This document shows positions 22,507-32,989 of a stretch of DNA of 64,000 nucleotides, piece after piece (position 1 is the first letter of the stretch; each line of letters starts with the position of its first letter). The notes under the pieces were generated by a model that was not told the origin of the DNA, searched no databases, and saw nothing but the letters and a program-made list of their open reading frames with translations. The stretch comes from a virus, in the IMG/VR virus record IMGVR_UViG_3300002092_000025; one strand, written 5' to 3'. The position numbers and the translations under genes were made by a program.

Positions 22507-23009
22507 ACCTTTAAAAACCAAACAAAATTTGGACCGACATCATAATAATCAAACATCTCAGTTACCGCTCGATTAACTCCAGGATAATCTATATCATGAC
22601 CGCTTAGTAGCCCTCCTGATTTAATCTTTGGTTTATAATCAATTATGTCATTCTTTACATATTGGTATGAATGATTAGCGTCAATAAACACTAGATCTAC
22701 GCTATTGTTGGGTATATTTTTAGCAACATTCTGACTTAATCCCTGTATAGGGACTAATCTATCTTTATACTTTGTTTTGATTTCTTCTGTATAAAACAGA
22801 GAAATTTCGGAATCGATAGCATAATACGTTTCAATACACTCGCAGTTATCTAATAGATAGAATGTAGTACGCCCATCTCGCACACCCACCTCAACTATAT
22901 TTTTATACTGATTAATATCTATAATATGTTTTAGAAAGTTTTTTCTATTCGACTTACCATCCCATTTGATAGTCATAGGTACTGATAATCGATCTGTACG
23001 CTTAGACAT
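22503..23009 (-). CDS. Class I SAM methyltransferase (Methyltransf_24-like)
   Basis: VEVGV, VFIDANHSY, GGLLSGHD. Confidence 0.88.
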   Translation of the reverse strand: MSKRTDRLSVPMTIKWDGKSNRKNFLKHIIDINQYKNIVEVGVRDGRTTFYLLDNCECIETYYAIDSEISLFYTEEIKTKYKDRLVPIQGLSQNVAKNIPNNSVDLVFIDANHSYQYVKNDIIDYKPKIKSGGLLSGHDIDYPGVNRAVTEMFDYYDVGPNFVWFLKV

Positions 23010-23583
23010 AATCCCAGCTCACCTGTTCACATATAAGATTTAATTGTACCACAATAGCACACGCATATGCTATAGCATGTGATTTTTTAAAGAAGTATAG
23101 ATCTCCCGTTGTGGGTTTAATCCAAACTTCACGCATTATTCCATCCCAGTCATAATGTTCTAAGAATCTTTTAGCAGGTCTTATAATCGCGAGTACTGCT
23201 GCTAATTGTTCTATGCTTGTGGGACGTAATCTACGAACCAATGTATAATGGTCAGATATATGGAATAGTTTTTCTACTATCTCTCTGTGTTCTAACAGAT
23301 CCCAAAGTGGGTCTCGATCTAACAATCTCTTTAGATGTTCTTCGTCTTTGACACCGTTATATAAGCTCACATTAAGGAAATCTATCTTAAAATACCCACG
23401 ATTCTCCGCTGTTTCATACTCTATAGTACTGATATTAGTAAAAGGATCATATGGTATTTTTTGGAAGTAAACACCAGTATTATGTTTGACTTTTTCGCCT
23501 TTTTGATCTCTCATAGCGATACGATGCTCGAACATGTTAAGAGCGGTATTTCTATCTAAAAAATCTATATCAATATCGGGCAT
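23002..23583 (-). CDS. Minimal DNA polymerase III alpha (DnaE)-like catalytic core
   Basis: PDIDIDF, KHNTGVY, FKIDFL, IIRP, FKKSHAIAYA in only 193 aa. Confidence 0.85.
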   Translation of the reverse strand: MPDIDIDFLDRNTALNMFEHRIAMRDQKGEKVKHNTGVYFQKIPYDPFTNISTIEYETAENRGYFKIDFLNVSLYNGVKDEEHLKRLLDRDPLWDLLEHREIVEKLFHISDHYTLVRRLRPTSIEQLAAVLAIIRPAKRFLEHYDWDGIMREVWIKPTTGDLYFFKKSHAIAYACAIVVQLNLICEQVSWDYV

Positions 23584-23777
23584 CAGTGTTTCGTTGTGCT
23601 AGTGAATAGTAAGGGTAATTGTTTTTTCATATACTCTGCAAATTGTTCCATTTGTAGAGAATTATTAAATCCTGTAAATTTTACATAGACGTTTAGTTCA
23701 TCTGAGTCTGCCATAAATGTGTATCCGAGGTCTACTTCTTCGATAATAGTATCAGTTAGCAAATTGTCTTTTAACAT
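23583..23777 (-). CDS. Hypothetical protein
   Basis: Coupled ORF. Confidence 0.75.
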   Translation of the reverse strand: MLKDNLLTDTIIEEVDLGYTFMADSDELNVYVKFTGFNNSLQMEQFAEYMKKQLPLLFTSTTKH

Positions 23778-24514
23778 TAGATCTTAGCCTCCTTGATTAT
23801 ATTCTTTATGAATTCAAGGTCTGACTTTTGCTTCTTAAATCGATCGGTCCAATACAGTATATCAATCATCGGACCAATAGTCTGAAGTTGTTCATCAGTC
23901 ATCTTCTTAAGTGCTGCTAACCCGCTATCGCTGTTTAGCAATATCCAAGGAGAAACCTTGCCGTCCCGTATATCATATGTTATCCTGTTAAGGTTAGCAT
24001 ATGAGAAGTAATGATTCCATTGAGCTGAATTCTTATCAGCCCAATCGCACATTGTATTTATGGTTCGTTCGCTTGCGGATTCTATACCCTCATTTTTAAT
24101 GAGATCGATTATATATTTGTCATAAAGTTCTTCCCTACACCACTTATCTAATGGTATACTGCTCCGAATAATCCAATCTATATACTTGTCTGGATATAGA
24201 GGATTAACATTGCTCATGAAGCTACCAAATTTAACAAATGCGTTATAGTACGGACTCTTACAGAAATCTTCGTAGTTCTTTTCTGTTTTGCTATTTTGTG
24301 TTAATTTATAAAATCTATCATATACATAGAACCCGCTCTGTACACGCCGTTCATCTTTTTGCATATATCTACGTTTTGGTTCACACATATGCACAGCTAA
24401 GGTTTTTTCCTTAACAAAGTTTTTATTACAGAAGCGACAATTATGTTCTTCAGAGATCTTTAAGTTCCTTTTCTGTCCAACCGCAATCTCTAGCAAGGTC
24501 TTTAATTTCATCAT
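23777..24514 (-). CDS. Conserved protein with N-terminal zinc finger
   Basis: CRFCNKNF...LAVHMC; start uncertain. Confidence 0.8.
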   Translation of the reverse strand: MMKLKTLLEIAVGQKRNLKISEEHNCRFCNKNFVKEKTLAVHMCEPKRRYMQKDERRVQSGFYVYDRFYKLTQNSKTEKNYEDFCKSPYYNAFVKFGSFMSNVNPLYPDKYIDWIIRSSIPLDKWCREELYDKYIIDLIKNEGIESASERTINTMCDWADKNSAQWNHYFSYANLNRITYDIRDGKVSPWILLNSDSGLAALKKMTDEQLQTIGPMIDILYWTDRFKKQKSDLEFIKNIIKEAKI

Positions 24515-24917
24515 CGGTAGTAACCTTTAATAAAGTTTCAATTTCGTCGTGCTTCATATTTGGATAAACAGATTCTAATAGTTTAGATCTTTTAGTACTG
24601 GCCCTCTTACCTAAACCTATCCATTCATGATAGAATATCTTTTCTCCATTATAATTACACATACACAGTAATTGCCATAGTAGCTTAGGATGTTTCTGTA
24701 GTTCAAACCAATTCTTATTAAAATATTCGTTAACAGTTAGTACAAAGTGTTCCATCTGTTCTCGATTGCTTGTCTTAGCATTACTGATGTATCTGTTTAA
24801 GATCCACAGTTCTCCTTTGAGTTTTTTTTGTTGATCTTCATCGAGGTCGTCCCACATGCTTCTAGCATTTAGGTCAACTGCTGCCATTGCTTCTTTAAGT
24901 TCAAGTTTCTTTGCCAT
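24450..24917 (-). CDS. Putative clamp-loader small subunit (gp62-like)
   Basis: ILNRYIS...VNE...HPKLLWQLL...EWI pattern, size and replication context. Confidence 0.45.
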   Translation of the reverse strand: MAKKLELKEAMAAVDLNARSMWDDLDEDQQKKLKGELWILNRYISNAKTSNREQMEHFVLTVNEYFNKNWFELQKHPKLLWQLLCMCNYNGEKIFYHEWIGLGKRASTKRSKLLESVYPNMKHDEIETLLKVTTDDEIKDLARDCGWTEKELKDL

Positions 24918-25137
24918 CTTTTATAGTATAATATATAATGAGGAGATTATCAAGAGCTTTTTTGAGTGCAGGATTAGTTTTACTAAGTTCTTTTATTTCT
25001 CGTATATCTGCGTAGGTAAACAGATCGGGTTCTTTCTGAATATAGAGTTCACGTTCTGTTTCACCAAGTTTTCTGCGATATACAGTATCTCCGTTGTCTG
25101 GACTTTCGTAGATATATTCTGGAGATTGTATATTCAT
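24901..25137 (-). CDS. Conserved hypothetical protein (YIYESPDxGxTVYRR)
   Basis: Motif common in T4-like phages. Confidence 0.85.
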   Translation of the reverse strand: MNIQSPEYIYESPDNGDTVYRRKLGETERELYIQKEPDLFTYADIREIKELSKTNPALKKALDNLLIIYYTIKDGKET

Positions 25138-25643
25138 TACATTAACTTTGAGTATTGTACAATTTCACTCTGTCTACTTATTTCTTTTACAAAATAAGCA
25201 CAAGGCGGGTTGTCGCCGTCGCGTATTGGAGTAGCTAATAATTGACCGTTACGCATCTTTGGAAAATACCATTTTACATCTAGATAGATATTAACTATTT
25301 CAATAGTGCTAAAGTTAAATTTGAAATCAGATATTGGATTGAATATAAAAGCATCAAATCCTCTATCTGTTAAACTCGTTAACGGAACCACTTCTAGATC
25401 ATTTCCACTTTCACGACATCCGACTAGTACCGACCAATCGAGTGGCATCTGTATTTCAAAATTATCTATCTTCAATACTACTGCTGGTGCGTTAAAACTT
25501 TCTAAGAATACTAGAGGTACAAAGAAGAAATCTGGTTCATTTGGGTTCGAATTATCAAGAACCGAGAAGCGCATATTATCATCAACTTCTTCTGGTAAAT
25601 TATTTAGATTAAATGTTTTATTATCAAGTGTTAGTATCTGCAT
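25137..25643 (-). CDS. Conserved jumbo-phage hypothetical protein
   Basis: ORF following uvsW, AAGGA RBS. Confidence 0.85.
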   Translation of the reverse strand: MQILTLDNKTFNLNNLPEEVDDNMRFSVLDNSNPNEPDFFFVPLVFLESFNAPAVVLKIDNFEIQMPLDWSVLVGCRESGNDLEVVPLTSLTDRGFDAFIFNPISDFKFNFSTIEIVNIYLDVKWYFPKMRNGQLLATPIRDGDNPPCAYFVKEISRQSEIVQYSKLM

Positions 25644-25654
25644 TATTTTTCCTT

Positions 25655-27103
25655 TTAGATATCCACTTTGGTTATTGCGAATGGATATAGTGCTTCTTTA
25701 TAAAACTTCTTACGTTCTGTTAAATGTCTTTTAGCATACTTACATGTGCTGGTTATATCCCAAATCTGCACAAAATCTTTATCCTCAGCCTTTCTAATGC
25801 CTCTACCAATACTTTGAATGACACGAACAAAAGACTTGCCAGGCTCCAAGAGAATAAGATTAAAAATACGGGGAATATTAATACCAACAGCAGCAACACC
25901 ATAGGTAGCAATAATAACCTTGTTGTCGCTCGTCTTGATCTCATCATACTCTTCTTTCCTTGCTTTTGTCTTAACCGCACCACTGATAAACACACTATCG
26001 GGTATCTCGTTTATTAGTATTTTACCAGTATCGATTCGATTAACCAGCACCAATGTATTACCAGTTAGTGCTATTTCTTTAATCTTATTTGCCATCCACG
26101 TCATCCGCGATGTGTCTGACACTAGGTACTTGTATTCGTCGGCGTATGATCTAAATTCTTTAATATCAGTAACCTGTAATATATTAACATGACATTGTGC
26201 AAGCACGCCTTTTTCTTGTAGTTCGTGTGCCGTAACGTGATGTATAACGTCTCCAATACTGCAACGTATAGATTCAAATTCAAACTTTTCTTTAGGAACA
26301 GTTCCGGTTAACCCCCAACGAATTGGTGCATTGGCAAAGTTAATCGTTAGTAGTTTCTTTAGAACTTCTGCTTTCGCTTGATGGACTTCATCTATGATAA
26401 TAGCAGCAACACCTTCGGTAAATTCAGCTAGAGTTAGTGCTTCTGTATCGTGACTTTTTTTATCTAATATATTAAGACTCTGCCACGTGCATATAGTATG
26501 CATCTTACCTAGTTCTTTACGATCACCATAATAAACACCAACGTCTAATCCAACATTTCTATAGTCTTCTTCGGTCTGTTCTACTAGGCTTTTGTTAGGA
26601 ACAATTACCATAGATCTTCCATATTTCTCACATAATTTACTCAGTGTTGCAGTCATGATAGTCTTACCTGCACCAGTAGCAACTTCTTGTAATGCTTGTG
26701 GATTTTTTAAGAAGTTATTAACAACTTCGACCTGATCATCGCGCAATCTTATAGGTTGTCCTGCAAATCTATGTCCCGTAGGCCAGCATAGATCGCCCCA
26801 GAATTCTTCGTTTATTTCTTCTAATTCGATAACAGGGTGATGCCTTAGATCTTCTACTTCTAGATCATAATCGAGTGATTCTAATATTGGTAATATATCA
26901 TTTAGTTGATTGATATATCCGGTACCACCGACACCAAAGAAAGCTACTGTGCCGTCCCATCTGCCTAAGCGATATGATGGTTGGTATCGTGCCCAAGGTA
27001 CTTCAAACTTAAATTTATTTGCTAGTTTTTTCCTAGCTTCTAAACTTAACCCCTCAAATTTTATATTAACTTCATCTCGTATAATTAATTTACAATTAGG
27101 CAT
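25655..27103 (-). CDS. uvsW: SF2 helicase UvsW
   Basis: ATGAGKT, DEVH, GLTGT, QSIGRGIR. Confidence 0.92.
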   Translation of the reverse strand: MPNCKLIIRDEVNIKFEGLSLEARKKLANKFKFEVPWARYQPSYRLGRWDGTVAFFGVGGTGYINQLNDILPILESLDYDLEVEDLRHHPVIELEEINEEFWGDLCWPTGHRFAGQPIRLRDDQVEVVNNFLKNPQALQEVATGAGKTIMTATLSKLCEKYGRSMVIVPNKSLVEQTEEDYRNVGLDVGVYYGDRKELGKMHTICTWQSLNILDKKSHDTEALTLAEFTEGVAAIIIDEVHQAKAEVLKKLLTINFANAPIRWGLTGTVPKEKFEFESIRCSIGDVIHHVTAHELQEKGVLAQCHVNILQVTDIKEFRSYADEYKYLVSDTSRMTWMANKIKEIALTGNTLVLVNRIDTGKILINEIPDSVFISGAVKTKARKEEYDEIKTSDNKVIIATYGVAAVGINIPRIFNLILLEPGKSFVRVIQSIGRGIRKAEDKDFVQIWDITSTCKYAKRHLTERKKFYKEALYPFAITKVDI

Positions 27104-28295
27104 CTTCGATTTCCGAATTAAAGAATGATATTTGATCAGTATAATATATTACAAAAGGGTGTGTTGAAGTTAATATTTTTGTAGTATAATGTACATGGTG
27201 TACTGATGTACTAATAACTATAGGTGGTTTAAAGTCTATCTTGTATAGTACCTTTGGAATCTTATGATTTATAAAAACTACTTTGGTTTCCTCCGACACT
27301 AGATTATTTAATTGCTCATCTGCTACAAATGCATTGAAGGATTTATTTTTTTGACTACGAAACAAAACACTGATTTCTTTGTTTGATATTCCATTTTCTT
27401 TCAGACTGCTATACCATTTGTCTAGTGAGACATCGACGGTATCAAATTCCGGTAAGATAACCATAATTGGCCATATGTCTATCGTTTTTAAACTTTGTAT
27501 AAACATAGACATGTTGGTTTTCTTACTATTAATAACAGTATGACTCTTCTTTTTTTCTGTTAGAAAATATGGTATTTTCGTGTCTAAATTCATCGAAATT
27601 AATTTATCAATTAATTTTTTACCGAAGTTTAATCTTAATGATTTTGCCAGGAATAAATCCGATAAGAATATATCTTTTTTATTATTTTCAAAATAATCTC
27701 TTGTTAGTTTATTAGTGTTCTTGATTATTAAGCCGTTTTCATAATCAACGGTTGGAACAAATTCTTCTTTATTTTTGTAAATATGATCTATATTTTCATA
27801 TAGATTTAATAGATCAGAATCAATATCAAAATTATAGTTTTTTATCTTTTGATTGCTTAATATATTCAAAATATTTTTTTCGTTAAGTGGAAACGAATAA
27901 GATTTTTTCTCTTTATTATATAGAGACTTTCCAGGAATTTCGTCTTTAATTTCCTTTAATAGTTCTTTATTATATTGGAATTTTATTGTTATAACATCTT
28001 TATCATTTAACTTTTCAATATATATTTTCTTAGCTGTATCGATAGTTCTAAAAGGATATTTAAATTTAGGAATATCTAACAACTCATTAAATCCTTTTAT
28101 AGTTGAGAAAGTGTTTTTATTGTTTTCAAGCAAGCGCAGTGCTAGATTTGATTGACCTACTGTTAATGCTATATTATTTCCAAATTGATTCATTAAACTG
28201 AAAAATACAGTTTTATCTTTTAACGGAACATAGTCGGAATGTGTCTTAAAATTACGACAAATATATGTTATCAAGTCTTCGATATACAACAACAT
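27096..28295 (-). CDS. Hypothetical protein
   Basis: 399-aa AT-rich ORF; TTGACT-N17-TAATAT promoter 6 nt before ATG. Confidence 0.8.
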   Translation of the reverse strand: MLLYIEDLITYICRNFKTHSDYVPLKDKTVFFSLMNQFGNNIALTVGQSNLALRLLENNKNTFSTIKGFNELLDIPKFKYPFRTIDTAKKIYIEKLNDKDVITIKFQYNKELLKEIKDEIPGKSLYNKEKKSYSFPLNEKNILNILSNQKIKNYNFDIDSDLLNLYENIDHIYKNKEEFVPTVDYENGLIIKNTNKLTRDYFENNKKDIFLSDLFLAKSLRLNFGKKLIDKLISMNLDTKIPYFLTEKKKSHTVINSKKTNMSMFIQSLKTIDIWPIMVILPEFDTVDVSLDKWYSSLKENGISNKEISVLFRSQKNKSFNAFVADEQLNNLVSEETKVVFINHKIPKVLYKIDFKPPIVISTSVHHVHYTTKILTSTHPFVIYYTDQISFFNSEIEDA

Positions 28296-28309
28296 AAGAC
28301 TATATTAAA

Positions 28310-29170
28310 CTATTGTGATACAGAAGTCAATGCCGAATATATTCTTTCTAGCGGTTCTCCCTTGGCTATTTCATCGACAGTCCATTCAGTATATGCTAAG
28401 TCATTAGCCCATTGTTCTCTATCTGGCATTGATGGATTTTCTATCATATCAAAATCTAAATTAGCCACAGGAGCAGCAAGATTAGTTGGCCCCGTAAATA
28501 CCGGTATTCCATTTAACGCTGCAATAACTCCAGGATTACTATTCCAATTAATTACTGCCCAAACAGAGTTTAATGCATTTTTAAAATTAATAGAATCATC
28601 AACTGAATTAAGTGATTTTGGATAATCAAAAATTAAATCTTTATAATTATGATTTAGCTTTATCTGATGCCTTGGGTGGCTTCGAACTACGATTTTCCTA
28701 TCAGATTTTTTTCTTAACTTCCCTATAATATTATCTAGCCAGTGTTCTATCGCTGGCATTCCTTTCCATTGATCGCTTTTTGAATGTTGTAAACATATGA
28801 GAATATCTGTCGATTGTTTCCATGATTTAATATTAATGTCTAACATTTTTCGACGACTCGAATCCATGCCCTTGGGTCCAAAATATCCTGATCCGTTAAT
28901 CCCGTTTACACCAACTTTCCATAAGCGTCCCCTATCTAATGCTCCGACTTCAAGTACTACAACAGGTTTATTCTTGCTACGATAGTGATTCCAAACAAGT
29001 TCATTTCTCATCATACGAGCATGCCATAGTACAGACCATATAATAGCAACGTCGGCATCGTAGGAATTTTCTATTATCTCGTGTCCGTTTTTTTTACAGC
29101 TTTCTAAAAAAGCTCGCATCGTCGAACCTGAATCCAGTGCAGTCTGATTTGGGAAATAAGAAAATTTCAT
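28310..29170 (-). CDS. Putative GT-B glycosyltransferase (capsule-synthesis-like)
   Basis: VRSHP, NSNPGVIAALNGIPVF; paralog of 29939-30856. Confidence 0.65.
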   Translation of the reverse strand: MKFSYFPNQTALDSGSTMRAFLESCKKNGHEIIENSYDADVAIIWSVLWHARMMRNELVWNHYRSKNKPVVVLEVGALDRGRLWKVGVNGINGSGYFGPKGMDSSRRKMLDINIKSWKQSTDILICLQHSKSDQWKGMPAIEHWLDNIIGKLRKKSDRKIVVRSHPRHQIKLNHNYKDLIFDYPKSLNSVDDSINFKNALNSVWAVINWNSNPGVIAALNGIPVFTGPTNLAAPVANLDFDMIENPSMPDREQWANDLAYTEWTVDEIAKGEPLERIYSALTSVSQ

Positions 29171-29187
29171 AAGTTAAATACTCCATC

Positions 29188-29970
29188 ATGATTATACCAC
29201 AAATACAAGGGCAATTCAATCAAAATGATTTCTTTATCTATGCAGCTTGTGATAAAGATTATTTTGACGAGTTTGGTACTATATTGATTAATAGTATTAA
29301 ACGAAATAGTAAACAAAACATACATATACATTTATTCAATCCGAGAGATGATCAATTACAATTTTGTCATAATAATTCAGTATCAGTAACTTATGAATAT
29401 GCTCCGTTAGAATTATTTAACGATGCTGCAGATCGTTGGAATACTATTCCTACAGATCCTTTAGAAAAAATTAGATATGGCAGAATTTTAACATCAATGG
29501 AAAAAGGAGGTGACAAATCTATACTAGAGCGTATGCAAAAAACCTATTTTGCCTGTGCTAGATTTATTCGATTAATGGAAATAATAAAAGAACCTCAGTC
29601 ATTATTTTCCATGGATGTTGATGCAGTATTTAGGAGAGACTTAACGAGATTGCCTAACGGACCTGATTTTTATATCCATAAAAACAAACAGTTTTTAGCT
29701 GGTGGTATCTATCTAACTGGCAATGATAATAGTTTAAAATTCCTTAGAAAATATGGAAAAACTCTTAAAGCTAACCTAGAACGAGATTACATTTATTGGT
29801 CGTTAGACCAAGATATCCTAGACGAGTTAGTTCCAAATTTCCGTATAGATTCACTGCCACTATCGTATATAGACTGGCATATGCATCAGGATAGTTATGT
29901 TTGGACTGCTAAAGGAAAACGTAAAGAATTAGCGATCTTTATCGAGGAGCAGAAGAAATATAGGTCTTGA
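29188..29970 (+). CDS. Putative GT-A glycosyltransferase
   Basis: ACD..YF, RF, MDVD (DxD), AGG, LDQ; TAAATA 7 nt before ATG. Confidence 0.65.
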   Translation: MIIPQIQGQFNQNDFFIYAACDKDYFDEFGTILINSIKRNSKQNIHIHLFNPRDDQLQFCHNNSVSVTYEYAPLELFNDAADRWNTIPTDPLEKIRYGRILTSMEKGGDKSILERMQKTYFACARFIRLMEIIKEPQSLFSMDVDAVFRRDLTRLPNGPDFYIHKNKQFLAGGIYLTGNDNSLKFLRKYGKTLKANLERDYIYWSLDQDILDELVPNFRIDSLPLSYIDWHMHQDSYVWTAKGKRKELAIFIEEQKKYRS

Positions 29971-30856
29971 TCGCCGCCCAAAGTTTACCACTTTTTACTT
30001 CGTCATTTGACCAATGTATATTTGCTATCTTTTTAACCCATTCAGATCTATCTGGCATTGGTGGATTTTCAATCTGTGCGAAATCTGTAAATGCGATATC
30101 ATTGGCCCAACTGTTTAAAGGATCTTGCAAAAATACAGGTATACCTTCAATTGCAGCCACTGACGTTGGCGTTGAATTATACCCAATACCGCACCAACAA
30201 TTTTTAAGAGCATCTCTGATATCTTCTTCATCAGATATTGATATTAAATTACCATAACGTTTTTTAAGTTTTTCTATCTGTTTATCTTTAGTACCATCTC
30301 CGGGATGCATACGTACACGTATAGGACGTTGGCTATATTTTCTAATATTTTCGATAGTCTGTTGCAACCAAAGATCTTGATCATTTCCAAATAAATTCCA
30401 ACCTTTAGGACGTTGGCAAAATATTAGTATATGATTACCGTTGCTTCGCCAAGGCATTAATTTTGCATTGTGCCAATTGCTATAAGTATCCCATTTATTT
30501 TCATCTAGTTTATCAAAGAAATAAACACCGTTGCTCGGATAAACTGAGTTCAAACTATATCGATGCCATTCGTGTTCTTTACGAGAATAATGTAATATAT
30601 TACTATCTACAAACACTTGTGGGGTATTATTATCTCTCAATATGTTAATAATCTTTTTTCGAAAATTATCTTCAAGGGTATAACCTAAAACAAATCCAAC
30701 ATCTATTTTTTGATTAGGAAGAGAATTATCTCGATGATCAATAACTTTGTCACCGTTAGCTAATACACCTTGACTAAAGTTATCCATTAACATAACTTTA
30801 TTAGAAAATTTTCCTGGGTTAGCTATTGAATTATAAAATATACCTACTCTCACCAA
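29939..30856 (-). CDS. Putative GT-B glycosyltransferase (capsule-synthesis-like)
   Basis: VRMHP, NSTPTSVAAIEGIPVF. Confidence 0.65.
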   Translation of the reverse strand: MVRVGIFYNSIANPGKFSNKVMLMDNFSQGVLANGDKVIDHRDNSLPNQKIDVGFVLGYTLEDNFRKKIINILRDNNTPQVFVDSNILHYSRKEHEWHRYSLNSVYPSNGVYFFDKLDENKWDTYSNWHNAKLMPWRSNGNHILIFCQRPKGWNLFGNDQDLWLQQTIENIRKYSQRPIRVRMHPGDGTKDKQIEKLKKRYGNLISISDEEDIRDALKNCWCGIGYNSTPTSVAAIEGIPVFLQDPLNSWANDIAFTDFAQIENPPMPDRSEWVKKIANIHWSNDEVKSGKLWAAIKTYISSAPR

Positions 30857-31614
30857 GTTTCCCCTTTTGTACGAACAGCAGAGGAATTACCTTCGTCTCC
30901 AAATAGTTCTCTACCCATAACATGTGTTAGTATTTCTATTTTACAAATGCTAGAGTGTATAGCATTATCAGATGGTAAAAACCAAGGACGATAATGTTTT
31001 ACAAGTTTTTTAGCAGCGTTGGGTTTGATCGCATAAGCCTGTGTGCCAGGCATTGAACTGTTAGTCCAAGGTATAATCTGTAAAGGTCCTTTAGGATTTT
31101 CTAAATAAGTTTTATAGGGTTCGCCTTTATATAATGTTTTTCCAAATGCTAAAATTAATATGTCTTGCCAATGGTATTCTTCAAAATTTACATTCCTATA
31201 AATTTTAACATCATCTTCAAATATCATAATAGGTTCGTCAAGTTCGGTGCATTTTTCCCATAATCTATAATGACTATAAAAGCAACCTTTTACTCCGGGT
31301 GAGGATATTTTATCAATTTTATTTCCAACATATCTAGATTTTTCCTGTACAGTTATTATAAAATTATCTAGAAATTCTTCCCACAAGTTATCTTTAATAT
31401 ATTTTTTAATACTGTCAACTTCTAGTTCTGTTGTTTTAATGCCATACGGATATGCTTTTCTTTTTTCTTTATGTGCTAATTCAACAGCATCAGTTCCGGA
31501 AATTCCTTCAAATAATTCTGCATCATATCCATAGCCTGTTAATATGTCTTTTGTTTTTCTTGAATGAGTTATGCTATTTTCTTTTTGTGGAAGGCATATT
31601 ATAAATGCTTTCAT
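30850..31614 (-). CDS. Glycosyltransferase family 25-like
   Basis: FIICL, GCFYSHYRLW, IFEDD, GTQAYAI...AAKKL. Confidence 0.85.
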   Translation of the reverse strand: MKAFIICLPQKENSITHSRKTKDILTGYGYDAELFEGISGTDAVELAHKEKRKAYPYGIKTTELEVDSIKKYIKDNLWEEFLDNFIITVQEKSRYVGNKIDKISSPGVKGCFYSHYRLWEKCTELDEPIMIFEDDVKIYRNVNFEEYHWQDILILAFGKTLYKGEPYKTYLENPKGPLQIIPWTNSSMPGTQAYAIKPNAAKKLVKHYRPWFLPSDNAIHSSICKIEILTHVMGRELFGDEGNSSAVRTKGETW

Positions 31615-32285
31615 TTGTTTTCATAGTCCTTTAAAATATCATTCCATTTATCTGCATATTCGCAATCTTTATAATTATCAAACCAAGGACCACCGTCGGT
31701 GTAATGTATCGCTTTCGGATTTCCATCTTGTGGCTCATCATATACACCTACTAACCAATTCCACTCGTGTGATATCTCACCAATTTCGTGATCTTCTAAC
31801 CAACTAAACCTATGTAGATATTTTCCTGTTTCGGTATTGACTAATTCTTTTGTCAGTAAAGCATTGCTAGGATGTCCACAATTAATAAGCATAACAGAAC
31901 TCCAATTTTTACGTGGATATACGTGCTGTACCTTACCGTCCATCTTTATGCCTTCTTTAACTTCGTAATCGTGTTTGACACACATGATAGCATATTGATT
32001 ATCGACTTGGTCAAATAATTTCTGAATATCATCTAAGAATACAATATCACAATCACAGAATAATGCCCAACCTTTATAATTCATAATTGTAGGAATTAAA
32101 AAACGAGTAAACGTAAATTCAGTACTTGATAACGGGTCAACGTCTCTTGTGTATAATCCAACCGTTCTAAGATCTTCTTGTACTAACGGAACTATATCTG
32201 CCGAAGGACTAATCTTGTGTATGCTGTGTTTACATACTTGATACGCAATATCTTCTCGCGAATCCCACCCAATAAAAACTTTCAT
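31611..32285 (-). CDS. GT-A glycosyltransferase (GT8-like, KNWSS family)
   Basis: IGWDSRE, STEFTFTRF, DCD, RKNWSS, HYTDGGPW. Confidence 0.85.
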   Translation of the reverse strand: MKVFIGWDSREDIAYQVCKHSIHKISPSADIVPLVQEDLRTVGLYTRDVDPLSSTEFTFTRFLIPTIMNYKGWALFCDCDIVFLDDIQKLFDQVDNQYAIMCVKHDYEVKEGIKMDGKVQHVYPRKNWSSVMLINCGHPSNALLTKELVNTETGKYLHRFSWLEDHEIGEISHEWNWLVGVYDEPQDGNPKAIHYTDGGPWFDNYKDCEYADKWNDILKDYENK

Positions 32286-32293
32286 ATTATCCC

Positions 32294-32749
32294 CTAAAGC
32301 GAAGCATCTTCCATGCCCGCTACTCTTAATTTTATTACGTTACTTAGTTGCCATTGTTTAATATCAAGTGCCTTAATAATACCAAGCCACTTGTTTCTAA
32401 GTAGAGCAAACTCGTTAATGATCTTTTCATAATCAACAACATCGCTCTCGCCGTCTACGTATTTTTCCACGTCTCTACTACTGAGAGCTCTTTGATAATT
32501 CTCAAGATATTTCTTGAAGAACTGGCTACGTAGACGGCGGAGTTCGATGTTCAAGTATTCTAATATCGCTTCAATTTCTTGAAGTTGATTGTAACGATGT
32601 TCAACAATGCCTGGCATACTTGCCGCAGCTTTCTCGATATTTCCTGTAATCTTTACTTCTTTACGAGCGTCATTTAGCTCGCTTTCGAAGAAAAGAATCG
32701 CATCTGGAATGTTTGATAGATCTTGGCTGACTAATGTATACCAGGTCAT
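32294..32749 (-). CDS. uvsY: Recombination mediator UvsY
   Basis: Helical protein with KYVDGE and KQWQLSN motifs; adjacent to uvsX. Confidence 0.75.
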   Translation of the reverse strand: MTWYTLVSQDLSNIPDAILFFESELNDARKEVKITGNIEKAAASMPGIVEHRYNQLQEIEAILEYLNIELRRLRSQFFKKYLENYQRALSSRDVEKYVDGESDVVDYEKIINEFALLRNKWLGIIKALDIKQWQLSNVIKLRVAGMEDASL

Positions 32750-32752
32750 GTC

Positions 32753-32989
32753 TTACTCGTCATCGTAGTCGTAATCATCTTCCTCATCTTCCTCTTCGTC
32801 GAGGTCAAGGAAAATACGGATAGCATCATCTAAGTGATCATCATGCCCAAGGGCTTCTGTTAGATTCTGCTCTGTAGCACCGTGATCGCTGAGAAGATCC
32901 ACAAATCTTTCAGCTACTACAGTTACTTGTTTCTTATCTGTATATTCTCTGAGAAGGTCCCACATCTCAACAATTAGTGCTTCATTCAT
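32753..32989 (-). CDS. Acidic hypothetical protein
   Basis: Coupled ORF with D/E tail. Confidence 0.8.
   Translation of the reverse strand: MNEALIVEMWDLLREYTDKKQVTVVAERFVDLLSDHGATEQNLTEALGHDDHLDDAIRIFLDLDEEEDEEDDYDYDDE

Noticed and set aside
25137-25643. Possible degenerate Hint/intein-like fold
   Set aside because: No N-terminal Cys/Ser, TxxH or terminal HN motif; cannot be supported without structure prediction
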